64,000 nt of DNA, taken from positions 1-64,000 of the forward strand of contig JAJYUZ010000005.1 in NCBI GenBank assembly GCA_021792255.1. The letters run 5' to 3'. The stretch's first letter is position 1. Each line of letters starts with the position of its first letter. Shown piece by piece: positions 18,561 through 28,364 of this stretch. The translations under genes and the position numbers were made by a program. Under the pieces are notes generated by a model that saw nothing but the letters and a program-made list of their open reading frames with translations, made no database searches and was not told where the DNA came from. The DNA is from Thermoplasmata archaeon (GTDB taxonomy: Archaea > Thermoplasmatota > Thermoplasmata > Thermoplasmatales > GCA-001856825).

Positions 18561-19500
18561 GGATGTTCGCCTCCATAATCTTCTTGAGTTCTTCAATTCC
18601 TTCCCCTGTTGAGCAAGAAATCTTCAGGTTGTTGCTGTCCGTCAATTCTAGGTCCAGCTTGTTCTCCACTATCAGTACGTTCTTCCCGAGCCCTTTCAGG
18701 GATTCACATAGCTCCTTTTGATCTTCCATCCTATAACCGCACTCTTCCGATGGATCCAGCATGCACACGATCAGATTTCCGATGTTTTCTATCGCAGCGA
18801 GAGCGACCTTCTCTATCGCGTTGTGGTTTTTCCTGTTGAGCAGTCCAGGGACGTCGAGAACTTCATATATGCTGGTTCCAATCCTCATCATTCCCACGTT
18901 TATTTCCTTGGTCGTGAAAGGGTAATCCGCAATTTCTGGGGCCAGATTGGTCAGTTTAGATATGAGCGAAGACTTTCCAACGTTGGGGAAGCCTGCGATT
19001 ACTATTATCTTCATTTCCCTGCTCACCTGTGGGACTTTCTTGAGAGCTTCCCTTGCCTCCCTTAGAAAAGAAAGAGATTCGTCCAAATCTTCAACGACCG
19101 AGGAGAACCTTCCGTAGAATGAAGATCTGAATCTGGAGATCGCCGCCATGCTCGGCGCCCTCTTCATACCTTTAATCGAGTTTGTCGCAAACTCGGTGAT
19201 CTTTCCCCTGGCCCAGTTAAGATTGTTCAGGGATCTTTCGTACTCCCTTCCATTGACCATTATGAACAGCAGATCTCTCTCGAACCTGTCTAGATCATCG
19301 AATTTGGGAAAACCGTCGTAGACCCGTCCGATCGCCTTCTTTGCGGTCGCTTCCATGACCTTAACTTTCTGGATCGAAACGGTCTTCAGTTTGGAGATAA
19401 AGTTGGGCATGTAAACGTTCTGGACTTTCTTTATGTCTTTGAAACTCCTTTCAATAATTTCCTTTGAATCTGGAACCGTTGGAAGCTTCTCGGGAATCAA
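18511..19500 (-). CDS. NOG1-family GTPase
   Basis: GFPNVGKSS, YPFTTK, DVPGLL, DPSEECGY, NKLD; N-terminal helical domain. Confidence 0.92.
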   Translation of the reverse strand: MIPEKLPTVPDSKEIIERSFKDIKKVQNVYMPNFISKLKTVSIQKVKVMEATAKKAIGRVYDGFPKFDDLDRFERDLLFIMVNGREYERSLNNLNWARGKITEFATNSIKGMKRAPSMAAISRFRSSFYGRFSSVVEDLDESLSFLREAREALKKVPQVSREMKIIVIAGFPNVGKSSLISKLTNLAPEIADYPFTTKEINVGMMRIGTSIYEVLDVPGLLNRKNHNAIEKVALAAIENIGNLIVCMLDPSEECGYRMEDQKELCESLKGLGKNVLIVENKLDLELTDSNNLKISCSTGEGIEELKKIMEANIREREDKGDSVFKRTGA

Positions 19501-21071
19501 GACAAAACCTCTTGAATATCCAGCTCTCCCATAACGACGGGCATCCTGATGCCAATGTCCTTCAGCAGCATCGGGTGAACCTCCCCGAAGAACCCGATCT
19601 TCTTTTCGTTGATCACGATTCCGGCGATCCTACCTGGAGCGTACATCGCCTCTTCGTCTCTCGTTATCTCATACTTCTCAATTCCGAGATCCTCAAGAAC
19701 GCTGACAAAGATCCCCTTGATCTCAGAAAATGAAGCTCCCTTATCTGCTATCCCGATGCCTACCACGTCCTTCTCCTTCCCCTTCACGAACACGCTTCCT
19801 ATCTCGAAAATTCTTTGCGGATACGGATTTCGGAAATTGTTCATGAAAGTTTGCACGAGAGAGGGCGACATCCTGGTCCTGATCGAATCCTGTTCCTGGC
19901 TCACGGGGTTGAGCAGGTCCGTCCTGTCGTCATTAAAGCCAAAGATGGAATTGTACCTGCCGTTGACCAGCACACTGCTCAGGGTTTCGTTCAGATTATA
20001 TCCCACCAACAGGTGTCTCAGCTTGCTCTCCAACGCTCTCAGTGAGTTTGCCCTTCCATAGCTAACGAATCCTTCCTTTCTTCTCTCAATTTTGTCATAA
20101 CCCAATCCTTTGAAAACGTCTTCCAGAACGTCCACATCTGCTATGATGTCCGTCCGATAGAGGGGAATTATTGTATTGCCATCCCTGAAACCGTACCCCA
20201 TTCTCTCCAGGGCTGAAGTCATCTCAGCTTCTGGCAGCTCATAGCCGAGCAACTTTTTCACGGCATTCGGAGTAATTCTCTTCTCATGATATTCGAGTTT
20301 GGGAGTGATGATGCCATTCATCTTCAACGTACTGATAGACCCATCCGGATAGGAGAGTGATGTCAGCAGAAGGATCATGGTCCTTTCGACCGCGTTCAGG
20401 TTAGTTCCCTCTACGTCTACCAAAATGTCTTCAGTCTCTTCAGTAGCGGTAGTAATGGAGGAATTGAGAATCGGAGGAAGGGAGATTATCCGGTCTTCCG
20501 AATCAATGATTGCAGGTATTTTTTCACCTGCAAGATGCCCATATTCCAGTGCCTTTGGATGTTGTTTCATGAAAGTATCTATTTGGACTTCTTCGCTCTC
20601 TTTAAGTGGAACGAATTTTTGATCTCTGGTCACTTCCTTGTAGGTAATTGGGAACTTTATCTTCTTCAGATCGTGGAGTCCGATCGATGAAAGTTTCCTG
20701 TGCCTACCTACCGTAAGGTCGATCTTCTCCTGGAAGTCGATGATCTCTGTGATGAGATTCTTGACTTTGCATCCCCTGACTATTCCCACTGTAAAATAGG
20801 GTCTGTACTTTGGTGGATATGATGCAACTTCGAGGTCTTCATTTCTAAAGACCTGAGGTACAAATTTTTCAACGCCAGCAAACGTCCTGATTGCCCTCGT
20901 TATTCCCTGTATCGAGTACAGGTCCGGTCTATCTGGGTTGAATTCCATGACGATGTCTCCCCCGTCTTCCCTAGCTTCTCCTCCGAGGAGCCATGGAACC
21001 TTCACCAGACTGTCATTTGGAAGACCAGAGAAATCACGTAATTTCTTTTCTTCAAATCTGACCAGTACCAT
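19497..21071 (-). CDS. pheT: Phenylalanyl-tRNA synthetase beta subunit
   Basis: EFNPDRPDLYS, SLPPILNS, YRTDII.DVDVLED, YPQRIFEIG, GEVHP. Confidence 0.95.
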   Translation of the reverse strand: MVLVRFEEKKLRDFSGLPNDSLVKVPWLLGGEAREDGGDIVMEFNPDRPDLYSIQGITRAIRTFAGVEKFVPQVFRNEDLEVASYPPKYRPYFTVGIVRGCKVKNLITEIIDFQEKIDLTVGRHRKLSSIGLHDLKKIKFPITYKEVTRDQKFVPLKESEEVQIDTFMKQHPKALEYGHLAGEKIPAIIDSEDRIISLPPILNSSITTATEETEDILVDVEGTNLNAVERTMILLLTSLSYPDGSISTLKMNGIITPKLEYHEKRITPNAVKKLLGYELPEAEMTSALERMGYGFRDGNTIIPLYRTDIIADVDVLEDVFKGLGYDKIERRKEGFVSYGRANSLRALESKLRHLLVGYNLNETLSSVLVNGRYNSIFGFNDDRTDLLNPVSQEQDSIRTRMSPSLVQTFMNNFRNPYPQRIFEIGSVFVKGKEKDVVGIGIADKGASFSEIKGIFVSVLEDLGIEKYEITRDEEAMYAPGRIAGIVINEKKIGFFGEVHPMLLKDIGIRMPVVMGELDIQEVLS

Positions 21072-21217
21072 TCAAGATGGGATGTGGAATCCGTATTTAT
21101 AGCTAAGGAGATGAGAATCACCAGCTCATTAAGGGGCACACCATTGTTGTTGACAATTGAACGAGTCAAAAAAGTATTTATTAACTCAAACGTTGCCGAT
21201 AGAAGAGATGGTAGTGA

Positions 21218-21895
21218 TTGAGTAAGGAGAAAGCAGGCAGGACAGCCACTAAGAAAGTGAAGGACAAGTGGAAAGCAAAGAGTTGGTACACGATACTGGC
21301 CAACGATTCGTTTGGAAAGAAAGAAATTGGCAGTTCGCCAGCTTCTTCGCCAGAAGAGATGGTGGGAAGGGTCTCGGAAGCTGCCCTTTCTGATATAACA
21401 GGAGATTACAAGCAGAGTCACGTCAAGCTCTACTTCAGGGTAACTAAGACTGAGGGAGACAAGGCGTTCACGGAATTCGAGGGGCACAAGATAGACCAGG
21501 ATTATATAAGAAGGATGATCCGGAGAAGGAAGACGAGGATCGACCTCACTGTGAATGGATTGACTTCCGATAACGTGAGCATCAAGATAAAGCCCATCAT
21601 AGTTGTCGATAGGAAGGTCATCAACAGTGTCGAGACTGGGATAAGGAACAAGGTTGCAGAATTCCTCAAAACCAAGGCAAGGGAGCAGCCCATCAGCCAG
21701 TTTGTAGTTTACATGTTTTCAACGCAGATATACAACGATCTTTACGATCAGATAAAAGTCATCTACCCGGCAAAGAAGATTGAGATCAGGGGTTCGGAGA
21801 TTTTCGAACCAACGAAAAAGATTGGGAAAGAAGTGAGAATAGAGAAAGAGCCGGTCGAAGAAGAGGAAGAAGGGTCTGAAGCCGGGGTGGCTTAG
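21218..21895 (+). CDS. rps3ae: 30S ribosomal protein S3Ae (eS1)
   Basis: KVKDKWKAKSWY, GRVSEAALSDITGD, YIRRMIRRRKTRID, IYPAKKIEIR; TTG start; the stop lies inside the tRNA. Confidence 0.95.
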   Translation: MSKEKAGRTATKKVKDKWKAKSWYTILANDSFGKKEIGSSPASSPEEMVGRVSEAALSDITGDYKQSHVKLYFRVTKTEGDKAFTEFEGHKIDQDYIRRMIRRRKTRIDLTVNGLTSDNVSIKIKPIIVVDRKVINSVETGIRNKVAEFLKTKAREQPISQFVVYMFSTQIYNDLYDQIKVIYPAKKIEIRGSEIFEPTKKIGKEVRIEKEPVEEEEEGSEAGVA

Positions 21896-21970
21896 TCGGT
21901 AGAGCGTCGGACTCATAGGGATTAAAACTGGGAAATCCGAAGGCCCCGGGTTCGATTCCCGGCCCCGGCA
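21881..21970 (+). tRNA. Elongator tRNA-Met (CAU) with a 17-nt intron at position 37/38 (21918-21934)
   Basis: Acceptor GCCGGGG/CCCCGGC+A, anticodon stem TCGGA/TCCGA, loop CT-CAT-A[intron]A, T arm CCGGG-TTCGATT-CCCGG; CUCA pairs with intron UGGG to give a bulge-helix-bulge-like motif; a GCC start fits elongator Met rather than initiator or Ile2. Confidence 0.93.
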
Positions 21971-22005
21971 TCTTCAAAAAATGAGTTTGATAGTTGGAAT
22001 CGATT

Positions 22006-22026
22006 CAATTCTGCTGAGCAGTATCT
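22006..22026. repeat. Left copy of an imperfect 21-bp direct repeat (candidate att site)
   Basis: CAATTCTGCTGAGCAGTATCT; 18/21 identical to 28156-28176; internally palindromic. Confidence 0.45.
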
Positions 22027-22124
22027 CGTTTGACCATTACCCATTTTCTGCGGTCTTTCCCAAAAAAGAAATCCATTCTCTCAGGTAGATTTGTGGTATC
22101 AAGATAGGCGAAGTCAAATCTCGA

Positions 22125-23588
22125 TTGGTTATTCACTGGTCCACAGTAGCAAAAGATCCTCTCACAAAGAAAGGTTTAAGCATCTGGCGACTTTTATCAG
22201 CGTTGAGTGAACGCGAATCTACGCCACCCAGCGAGGGAACTTCGGAATCTCCCCTTAAAATGGAGGAGAGAAAGGGGGCTATCGCCAGGAGGATCTTTTC
22301 TACAATCTCAATTCTCCTTGTTCTCCTAGGAACCCCTCTGACAATCACGATCGGGTACTTGTTTCATACCGATTTCTCCGAAGTCTTTAAAATTTGGACT
22401 TACGTCACCATGTCGACTCTCTTAATCCTCTCGGTTTTCTCAGTCTTTGAAATGCTGAAGGAAGAAGCTAAGAGATCAGAGGAAAGGAATCTTACTGCGC
22501 TGAAGCGCGATCTATTCTCTCTGTTTAGTTACAAGCACATCGTGATACCTCTTTTGGTCTTGTCAATTCTATCGGGATTGGGTTCAGTATCACACGTCTT
22601 TACTCCCATCTTTTCGCTTCAGCTGCTTTACACCGCCGTCGTGATCCTGATCTTTGAAACCATATTCCATTCTCTCTATCGATTTTGGCCGAGATTCTTG
22701 AAAGAAAACCTACGTCTAAGAAATGCAACACTTACACTTCTGGTCATTTTGGGCATATTCGTTTCCTTATTCGTAATTGGGATCGGTGCAGTGGAATTGA
22801 TCTCTCTCGTTTTCGGTGGGATACTTCTGGTTGGCGGAATTGGGTTGGCATTCGTAGTGGATACAGTCGCTTCCGATCTCTCTCGTTCCCGTCTGCCGAA
22901 AAGGAAAGCGACCTATGCTTCGTTCCTCGCATTCTTCTTATTGCTAGTCCTGTGGTTGCTGCTCTCATCAAATCTATTAAAGTACCTAGTCCTCCTTGCA
23001 AATGGATCCGGTGGAACTCTGGTCTCAAATTTGCTTGTTCACGATTTCCAATCTCTAACCTCTGGACTGAACATATCGCTGATTAGCGTCATAATGGCAC
23101 TTGGTGCAGGCGCGATCTATTTCGCTTATCTATTTTTCAAGAGGAGTTACGACAAAAGGCTAGAAAGGTTTGTCTTCCTGATGGTCTCATTGCCAGTCGC
23201 GGGTTTCATATTTCTGTACCTCGCGATCCTTGCAGACGGTGACTGGGTAGCAGCGACAACGTCCTCGGTCAGCGTGCTTTCCTCCTTCCTCCAAGTTATG
23301 CCATCGATTGTTCTGTTCGTAGTGGGGTACTCGCAGATCATCATTGAAGTCCCCAGAAAGTCCTCAAAAACGCTAATGCTTGAAGAAAATGAGTTCTTGG
23401 TCGCTCTGACCTGGCTGTTAGTTTTCTCAGCTATTTCTGAGTTTCTCAGCTGGCTCGTTTACGGCAAACCTGGATTATTCATCTTTGAGGTCGATATACT
23501 GCAGTGGTTTGGGATTCCGATAGGGATTGCCCTGATCTCTGTCAATCATCTCAGAAGCAGAAGAAACAGCAGAACATCTCCAGGTTGA
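22125..23588 (+). CDS. Polytopic membrane protein of unknown function
   Basis: About 11-12 hydrophobic segments; the real start is probably downstream (TTG 22203 or ATG 22260). Confidence 0.75.
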   Translation: MVIHWSTVAKDPLTKKGLSIWRLLSALSERESTPPSEGTSESPLKMEERKGAIARRIFSTISILLVLLGTPLTITIGYLFHTDFSEVFKIWTYVTMSTLLILSVFSVFEMLKEEAKRSEERNLTALKRDLFSLFSYKHIVIPLLVLSILSGLGSVSHVFTPIFSLQLLYTAVVILIFETIFHSLYRFWPRFLKENLRLRNATLTLLVILGIFVSLFVIGIGAVELISLVFGGILLVGGIGLAFVVDTVASDLSRSRLPKRKATYASFLAFFLLLVLWLLLSSNLLKYLVLLANGSGGTLVSNLLVHDFQSLTSGLNISLISVIMALGAGAIYFAYLFFKRSYDKRLERFVFLMVSLPVAGFIFLYLAILADGDWVAATTSSVSVLSSFLQVMPSIVLFVVGYSQIIIEVPRKSSKTLMLEENEFLVALTWLLVFSAISEFLSWLVYGKPGLFIFEVDILQWFGIPIGIALISVNHLRSRRNSRTSPG

Positions 23589-23784
23589 ATGCTCCGACTT
23601 AGAACTGACTGAATGCCAATATTCTGGGACTTTGTGTTCGGTATAGGAGAGAATGCCTGGTTGTCCAGCTAGAAGTTCATGGACTGAACTTTCACGTTGT
23701 GTCGGAAGGATAGAGATTCGGGGAGTTACTGTAAGCAGACATCTATGTGGATAGTCTTATATAACGGTTAAATAATTTAATCGA

Positions 23785-26679
23785 ATGAAAGAACAAAAAC
23801 CCGTCATTATTCTTTTCACCATACTAATCACTCTTTTCGTAGTATCGACGGCCTTTTCTGGCGCAAATGTTTTTTCGTCTAAAACGAGTCCCCCCTTCAG
23901 TAGTACGTACCCTCAAGCAGAGCAGTCATCAAACTCGATCCATCAGCAATTATCAAGTCCAGCGGGGAATTTTTCTACCGGATTAAGGATGTCCGAGAGA
24001 AATTTCGCTCGACAGCTAAACTTTCTAAAGCAACAAAGTCACAGCTCTGTTCTCGCTTCTGCATACGGTCCCAGCTATGCAGGGTATAACTATTCTATCA
24101 CCTTCAATGTGGTAAACCAAATACCTTCCGTTTCTTGGAGCCTCTACATCTATAATGACCTTGCTTCGGAAATTCCTGCGCTTCCCCTTTATGATACTCT
24201 CTACCATGTAAATGCCGGATTAATATACTCAAAATCGACCACCTCTTCTTCAATTACGGTCTCCCTGGCAGCCGGCACTTATTTCTATTATGCAGGTCCA
24301 TCCTCAACGCTTCTGGGGGTGTACGAAATAAATGTGACGGGCACCCAATCCACAACAGTGACCCTTCCAACCTTCTATACTGCGACATTCAACGAAAAAG
24401 GACTGGCCAGCGGATTGACCTGGGCCATTACCGCAAGTGCAAGTCAGCCAAATGGGAAAGCTGCGATCCTGTACCAGAGTTCATCATCCTCCTCCATCTC
24501 TGCTTATCTTCCCAACGGCCTATATTCGTTAGGATACAGCATAGGATCTGCGTTCATCGAAAGTTCGCCCTTCGCGATTTCAACGGGGGGCGTAACGGAG
24601 CAAATAACGATACCCTCTCTGACTCAAGTAACATTCCAGGAGTCTGGTTTACCATTGGGAACGAGCTGGGGGCTATTTGCATTTGGAATTTCCAGTGCCG
24701 CTTCCTCTGTGCTCTACATCAACCTATCCATGTCATCGTCAAGCATGGCTTTGCTACCTGAAGGAACGTACTACCTTACTTACAGCGCGTATGGGGTATC
24801 GCTAGGCTCAAGCAAAACTCTCTGCGTAGATGCAACTTCAAGCACGGTGAGCGTAAGATTCCCACCTATGTACCTGGTAAAGTTTACTGAAACGGGGCTT
24901 AGCAGCGGGTTCAGCTGGAATGTGGAAGTTGGCAACAATACACTCAGCGCGGAAAGCTCGACTTACACCTCAACAATCAATATGCATCTTCCGGAGGGAA
25001 GCTATTATTACGGGGCCGGAGAAGATGGTTCATATATAGTCTCTGGGTCCTTCAACGTGACCGGAAATGGGACTGCCGAAGGCATCACCTTCCCCACGGT
25101 TCACCAAGTTGTAATCAGAGAGAGCGGTCTTCACTCGGGATTCGAATGGTCGCTCTCGGTGATGAGTTCGTCTTTCAGCGCTTTCTCAAATCAAACGACC
25201 GCGTCGTCCTTCACCATTTATCTCCCAAATGGGCAATTTAACTATACTTACTCAGAGTCTCTGTCTTCCTTTTACCTCTTCGGTTTTACACTATCTGAGG
25301 ATGTTACATCGTCAGGTTATTCATTTAACGTTACCGGCTCATCCCTCGGCGTTTCCTTGGAATTTCCGATGTTGTCTACAGTAACTTTCTCTCAAGCAGG
25401 GCTTAAGACAAGCCGCACTTGGGGGATAGATGTGTTTAACGAAAACCTAACAGGCTTCAGCGAGTCTTATGCAAATCGCACACTCTCTTCCTATTCCATG
25501 GTTGCATACCTGTTCAACGGCACATTTACTTATTCAGCTGTTGTTGGAGGTGCATATTTCTCATCTAACTCAACGTTCAACGTGACGGGCACATCGATGA
25601 GCGAGAGCGTGCATTTCCCTCAGCTTTACACAGTAATTTTTGCCGTGGCGGGTCTTCCTACGTGCGCAACCACGACCATTGACGTCTATCCAGAAAATTC
25701 CTCTCTCCCTCTGGGCTACACTAACTCTACAGAGTCATCGAGCATTACCGCATACCTTCCTAACGGAACCTATGCGTATACAATTTATCTGTCAAACGGC
25801 GCAATGCTAAGTTCCACATTCACAGTCTCAGGCAAATCTGAAACGGTGACCGTCAGCCTGTCTGCAACCTACGCAGTCACTTTCTCCGAAACGGGATTAC
25901 CGACCGGGACTCTATGGTCCGTGGATCTTAACGGTAGCTATAACAGCTCTACCTCTTCATCCCTCGAATTTTTAGAATTTAACGGCACCTATGACTTCAG
26001 CGTTTATGCCAGCGGGTTCACTGCAAACGTGTCATCGGGAAATGTCAGCATAACGGGAGCACCTGAGTATGTATATGTGGCCTTCACTCAAACATCCAAT
26101 GTGACCTGGGGCATTACATTCAATGAAACTGGTTTGCCGGCGGGGTACGAATGGAACATCAGCATTCAGGAAATAACCGCCTTCGTCGATATCTTTAATG
26201 GTTCGACTCTGACTTCATTAAGCTTCACATTCGAAGAGCCAAACGGAACTTACGAATATAGCGTGAATGCTAGCGGATACATAGCATCTCCCGCAATGGG
26301 CAACGTGACAGTAAATGGTGCAAATGAATACGTATCGATACAGTTTAGCAAGATCATCTACTTCACAGGAACACTATCGCCTTCCAACGCATCCCTCTAC
26401 ATCGACGGTCAGCTGATACCGACGGTGGGAGGGGTTTTCAATGTCACCCTTACCGCAGGCCAAACATACGAAATAGAAGTGACTTCCCCTGGTTACAAGC
26501 CCTATTATGTGAACGAGAGTGTTTCGGCAACCACACATTTTTCTTCGCTTTCGGTAAAGCTCAGTAAAGTGGCGCCTCCAGCTCCCCTCTCCAGCACATA
26601 TGTTCCGATCATCGTTGTAGTCGTAATTGTGCTGATCGGAGCAGTAGCCGCGTTCGCCATGAGGGCAAGGAGAAGATGA
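23785..26679 (+). CDS. Membrane-anchored surface protein made of thermopsin-type C-terminal repeats plus a PEGA-like domain
   Basis: Signal peptide, about 9 repeats V-T-F-x-E-x-G-L-x-x-G-x-x-W...LPNG-x-Y, PSNASLYIDG...PGYKPY, C-terminal TM and RARRR. Confidence 0.82.
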   Translation: MKEQKPVIILFTILITLFVVSTAFSGANVFSSKTSPPFSSTYPQAEQSSNSIHQQLSSPAGNFSTGLRMSERNFARQLNFLKQQSHSSVLASAYGPSYAGYNYSITFNVVNQIPSVSWSLYIYNDLASEIPALPLYDTLYHVNAGLIYSKSTTSSSITVSLAAGTYFYYAGPSSTLLGVYEINVTGTQSTTVTLPTFYTATFNEKGLASGLTWAITASASQPNGKAAILYQSSSSSSISAYLPNGLYSLGYSIGSAFIESSPFAISTGGVTEQITIPSLTQVTFQESGLPLGTSWGLFAFGISSAASSVLYINLSMSSSSMALLPEGTYYLTYSAYGVSLGSSKTLCVDATSSTVSVRFPPMYLVKFTETGLSSGFSWNVEVGNNTLSAESSTYTSTINMHLPEGSYYYGAGEDGSYIVSGSFNVTGNGTAEGITFPTVHQVVIRESGLHSGFEWSLSVMSSSFSAFSNQTTASSFTIYLPNGQFNYTYSESLSSFYLFGFTLSEDVTSSGYSFNVTGSSLGVSLEFPMLSTVTFSQAGLKTSRTWGIDVFNENLTGFSESYANRTLSSYSMVAYLFNGTFTYSAVVGGAYFSSNSTFNVTGTSMSESVHFPQLYTVIFAVAGLPTCATTTIDVYPENSSLPLGYTNSTESSSITAYLPNGTYAYTIYLSNGAMLSSTFTVSGKSETVTVSLSATYAVTFSETGLPTGTLWSVDLNGSYNSSTSSSLEFLEFNGTYDFSVYASGFTANVSSGNVSITGAPEYVYVAFTQTSNVTWGITFNETGLPAGYEWNISIQEITAFVDIFNGSTLTSLSFTFEEPNGTYEYSVNASGYIASPAMGNVTVNGANEYVSIQFSKIIYFTGTLSPSNASLYIDGQLIPTVGGVFNVTLTAGQTYEIEVTSPGYKPYYVNESVSATTHFSSLSVKLSKVAPPAPLSSTYVPIIVVVVIVLIGAVAAFAMRARRR

Positions 26680-26807
26680 GCAAAGAGAGGGAAAACCTTA
26701 TTTTAATTTCATTAAATTTTTGTTTTGTCTGAAAGGTCTCATCGCAGGAAGTCTTCCTGACTTCTCGCGGGCAACCAGAGAAATCGAAAGCCTGATGGAA
26801 AAATAGC

Positions 26808-28091
26808 CTATTGCTTATCCTTCAGAGTCTTCAAAAGAGTCTCCTTCAGTCGAGGATTCCGAATTATTTCAGTCAGCACGTCCTTAAGGATCCTGTCCTT
26901 GAAGTTCGGATCGAAATCCTTCAAAAGTTCTTTGGCGCTACTATCAGTTACCGACGGCTCTATCGTAGCAGTCTTGATCTCGTTTCCCTTGTTTCCAGAC
27001 TCGATGGTCTCACTCTTATCCAGTGGAGCACCGCATCTGAAGCAGTAGTTGCCTATCGATGGATTTTCTGCCCCACATTTCATGCATATTTTAGGCACCG
27101 CCTGAATAGTCTTCGTCTTTTCACTTTTCTGTCTTTCAATTCCATAGACCTTCAGAACAGCATCGTCTACCTGTTCATCGCTCAAATTTACGTAAACCCT
27201 CGACATCCTGGAGCCATGAACCCACCCCATCGTCGCCTCTAGTGGGGCCTCCTTTAAGTCTTTGGCTAAAATGGTCGCTCTCGTGTGCCTGAATAGGTGA
27301 GGGTGGATTCTTCTCTTAATACCAGCTCTCTTGCTAACCTTATAGAACATCATGTTCACATCATTCCACTTTAAGGGTCCACCTCCCTTTATCTGAATGA
27401 AGAAAAAATCGTCTGGTATGCTTCTATTGAATTTGTCCTTGTACTGAAGTGTCAAAGGTACGCTCCTCCCTATAACTCTGACCTTCCTTACTCCTGTCTT
27501 TCCCTTAACAGTTAGTTTCATTCCATAATCATCGAACTCTAGATCCTTGACTCTTAACGTTAACAGTTCGCCTATTCTGCATCCAGAATCATAGAGCATC
27601 GATACAAGGGCCTTGTCTCTCTCGTTTCGACTTGCACCCAGAAGCTTGTCTAGCTCCTCCACCGTCACTATATCCTCTGGTTTCTTGTCCTTAGCAGGAT
27701 GCAAATTCAGTTTCAGTCCACTGACCGACTCTTCATACTTTCCCTCAGCGTGAATGCGATAGAATTTCTTCAAAGTCATGTAGATGCCGTTCATAGTACT
27801 ATCTGCGTAATTGCTGTCTTTCCTGGTCTTAGCAGCTTTGAGTTTTAATACCGCCAGTCTGATATCTTGCTTTGTTGGGTGCAGGAATGAATCTCCCATA
27901 ACACGAGCAATTAGCTTTAGCCTCGTGATGTAAAAGTACTGCATGTGATGGGACAAGTTGTCCATCGAAAGACTGTCAATAAAATCTAGAATGGATTTTT
28001 TAACAGCAGGGCTGAGAGATTCCTCCTGATTTAAACGGCTTTTACTCTGTTGTAGGAGTACCTCTATATTATAAACACTATCCCCCTCCAT
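26808..28091 (-). CDS. Tyrosine recombinase/integrase with a C-terminal zinc ribbon
   Basis: Catalytic set intact: YDSGCRIGE (R), GKTG (K), HPHLFRH (HxxR), MGW, RVY (Y); CMKC-x10-CFRC. Confidence 0.93.
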   Translation of the reverse strand: MEGDSVYNIEVLLQQSKSRLNQEESLSPAVKKSILDFIDSLSMDNLSHHMQYFYITRLKLIARVMGDSFLHPTKQDIRLAVLKLKAAKTRKDSNYADSTMNGIYMTLKKFYRIHAEGKYEESVSGLKLNLHPAKDKKPEDIVTVEELDKLLGASRNERDKALVSMLYDSGCRIGELLTLRVKDLEFDDYGMKLTVKGKTGVRKVRVIGRSVPLTLQYKDKFNRSIPDDFFFIQIKGGGPLKWNDVNMMFYKVSKRAGIKRRIHPHLFRHTRATILAKDLKEAPLEATMGWVHGSRMSRVYVNLSDEQVDDAVLKVYGIERQKSEKTKTIQAVPKICMKCGAENPSIGNYCFRCGAPLDKSETIESGNKGNEIKTATIEPSVTDSSAKELLKDFDPNFKDRILKDVLTEIIRNPRLKETLLKTLKDKQ

Positions 28092-28155
28092 CTAGTAATA
28101 CGATAACAATTCACTATAAATGTGATTCCGCATGACAATCATGTACTGGATACTC

Positions 28156-28176
28156 CAATTCTGCTTAGGAGAATCT
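28156..28176. repeat. Right copy of the imperfect 21-bp direct repeat (candidate att site)
   Basis: CAATTCTGCTTAGGAGAATCT; ATTCT/AGAAT arms around a 7-bp spacer; 65 bp upstream of the integrase start. Confidence 0.45.
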
Positions 28177-28364
28177 TAGGTTTTATAACTCTCTTCATTA
28201 AGAACAGACAACATTTCTGCCTTCCGTGAATCATTCCGTCAATCCCCTGGCGTTCTATTTCTTTATACAGTAAAAGTAAAGTCTGCGGCTCGCTCAGTCT
28301 ATCCCACTATCTAGCGAGATCAAATGAGGTAAACAGTTCTGTGACTCTAAATGGTCCAGTAATG

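Noticed and set aside
18561-18596. N-terminal extension of GltX in the ORF track
   Set aside because: GTG 18560 has a GGAGG SD and shortens the overlap with the NOG1 gene.
21950-21970. tRNA-Met 3' end as the integrase att site
   Set aside because: No duplicate of the tRNA-Met or tRNA-Gly 3' sequence was found by eye in the window; one could lie beyond it.
23785-26679. Thermopsin protease call for the repeat proteins
   Set aside because: Only the non-catalytic repeats are visible; no peptidase A5 domain was recognised.
26808-28091. Integron integrase (IntI) with attC cassettes
   Set aside because: No IntI-specific insertion is evident and no attC-like GTTRRRY hairpins flank the neighbouring genes.
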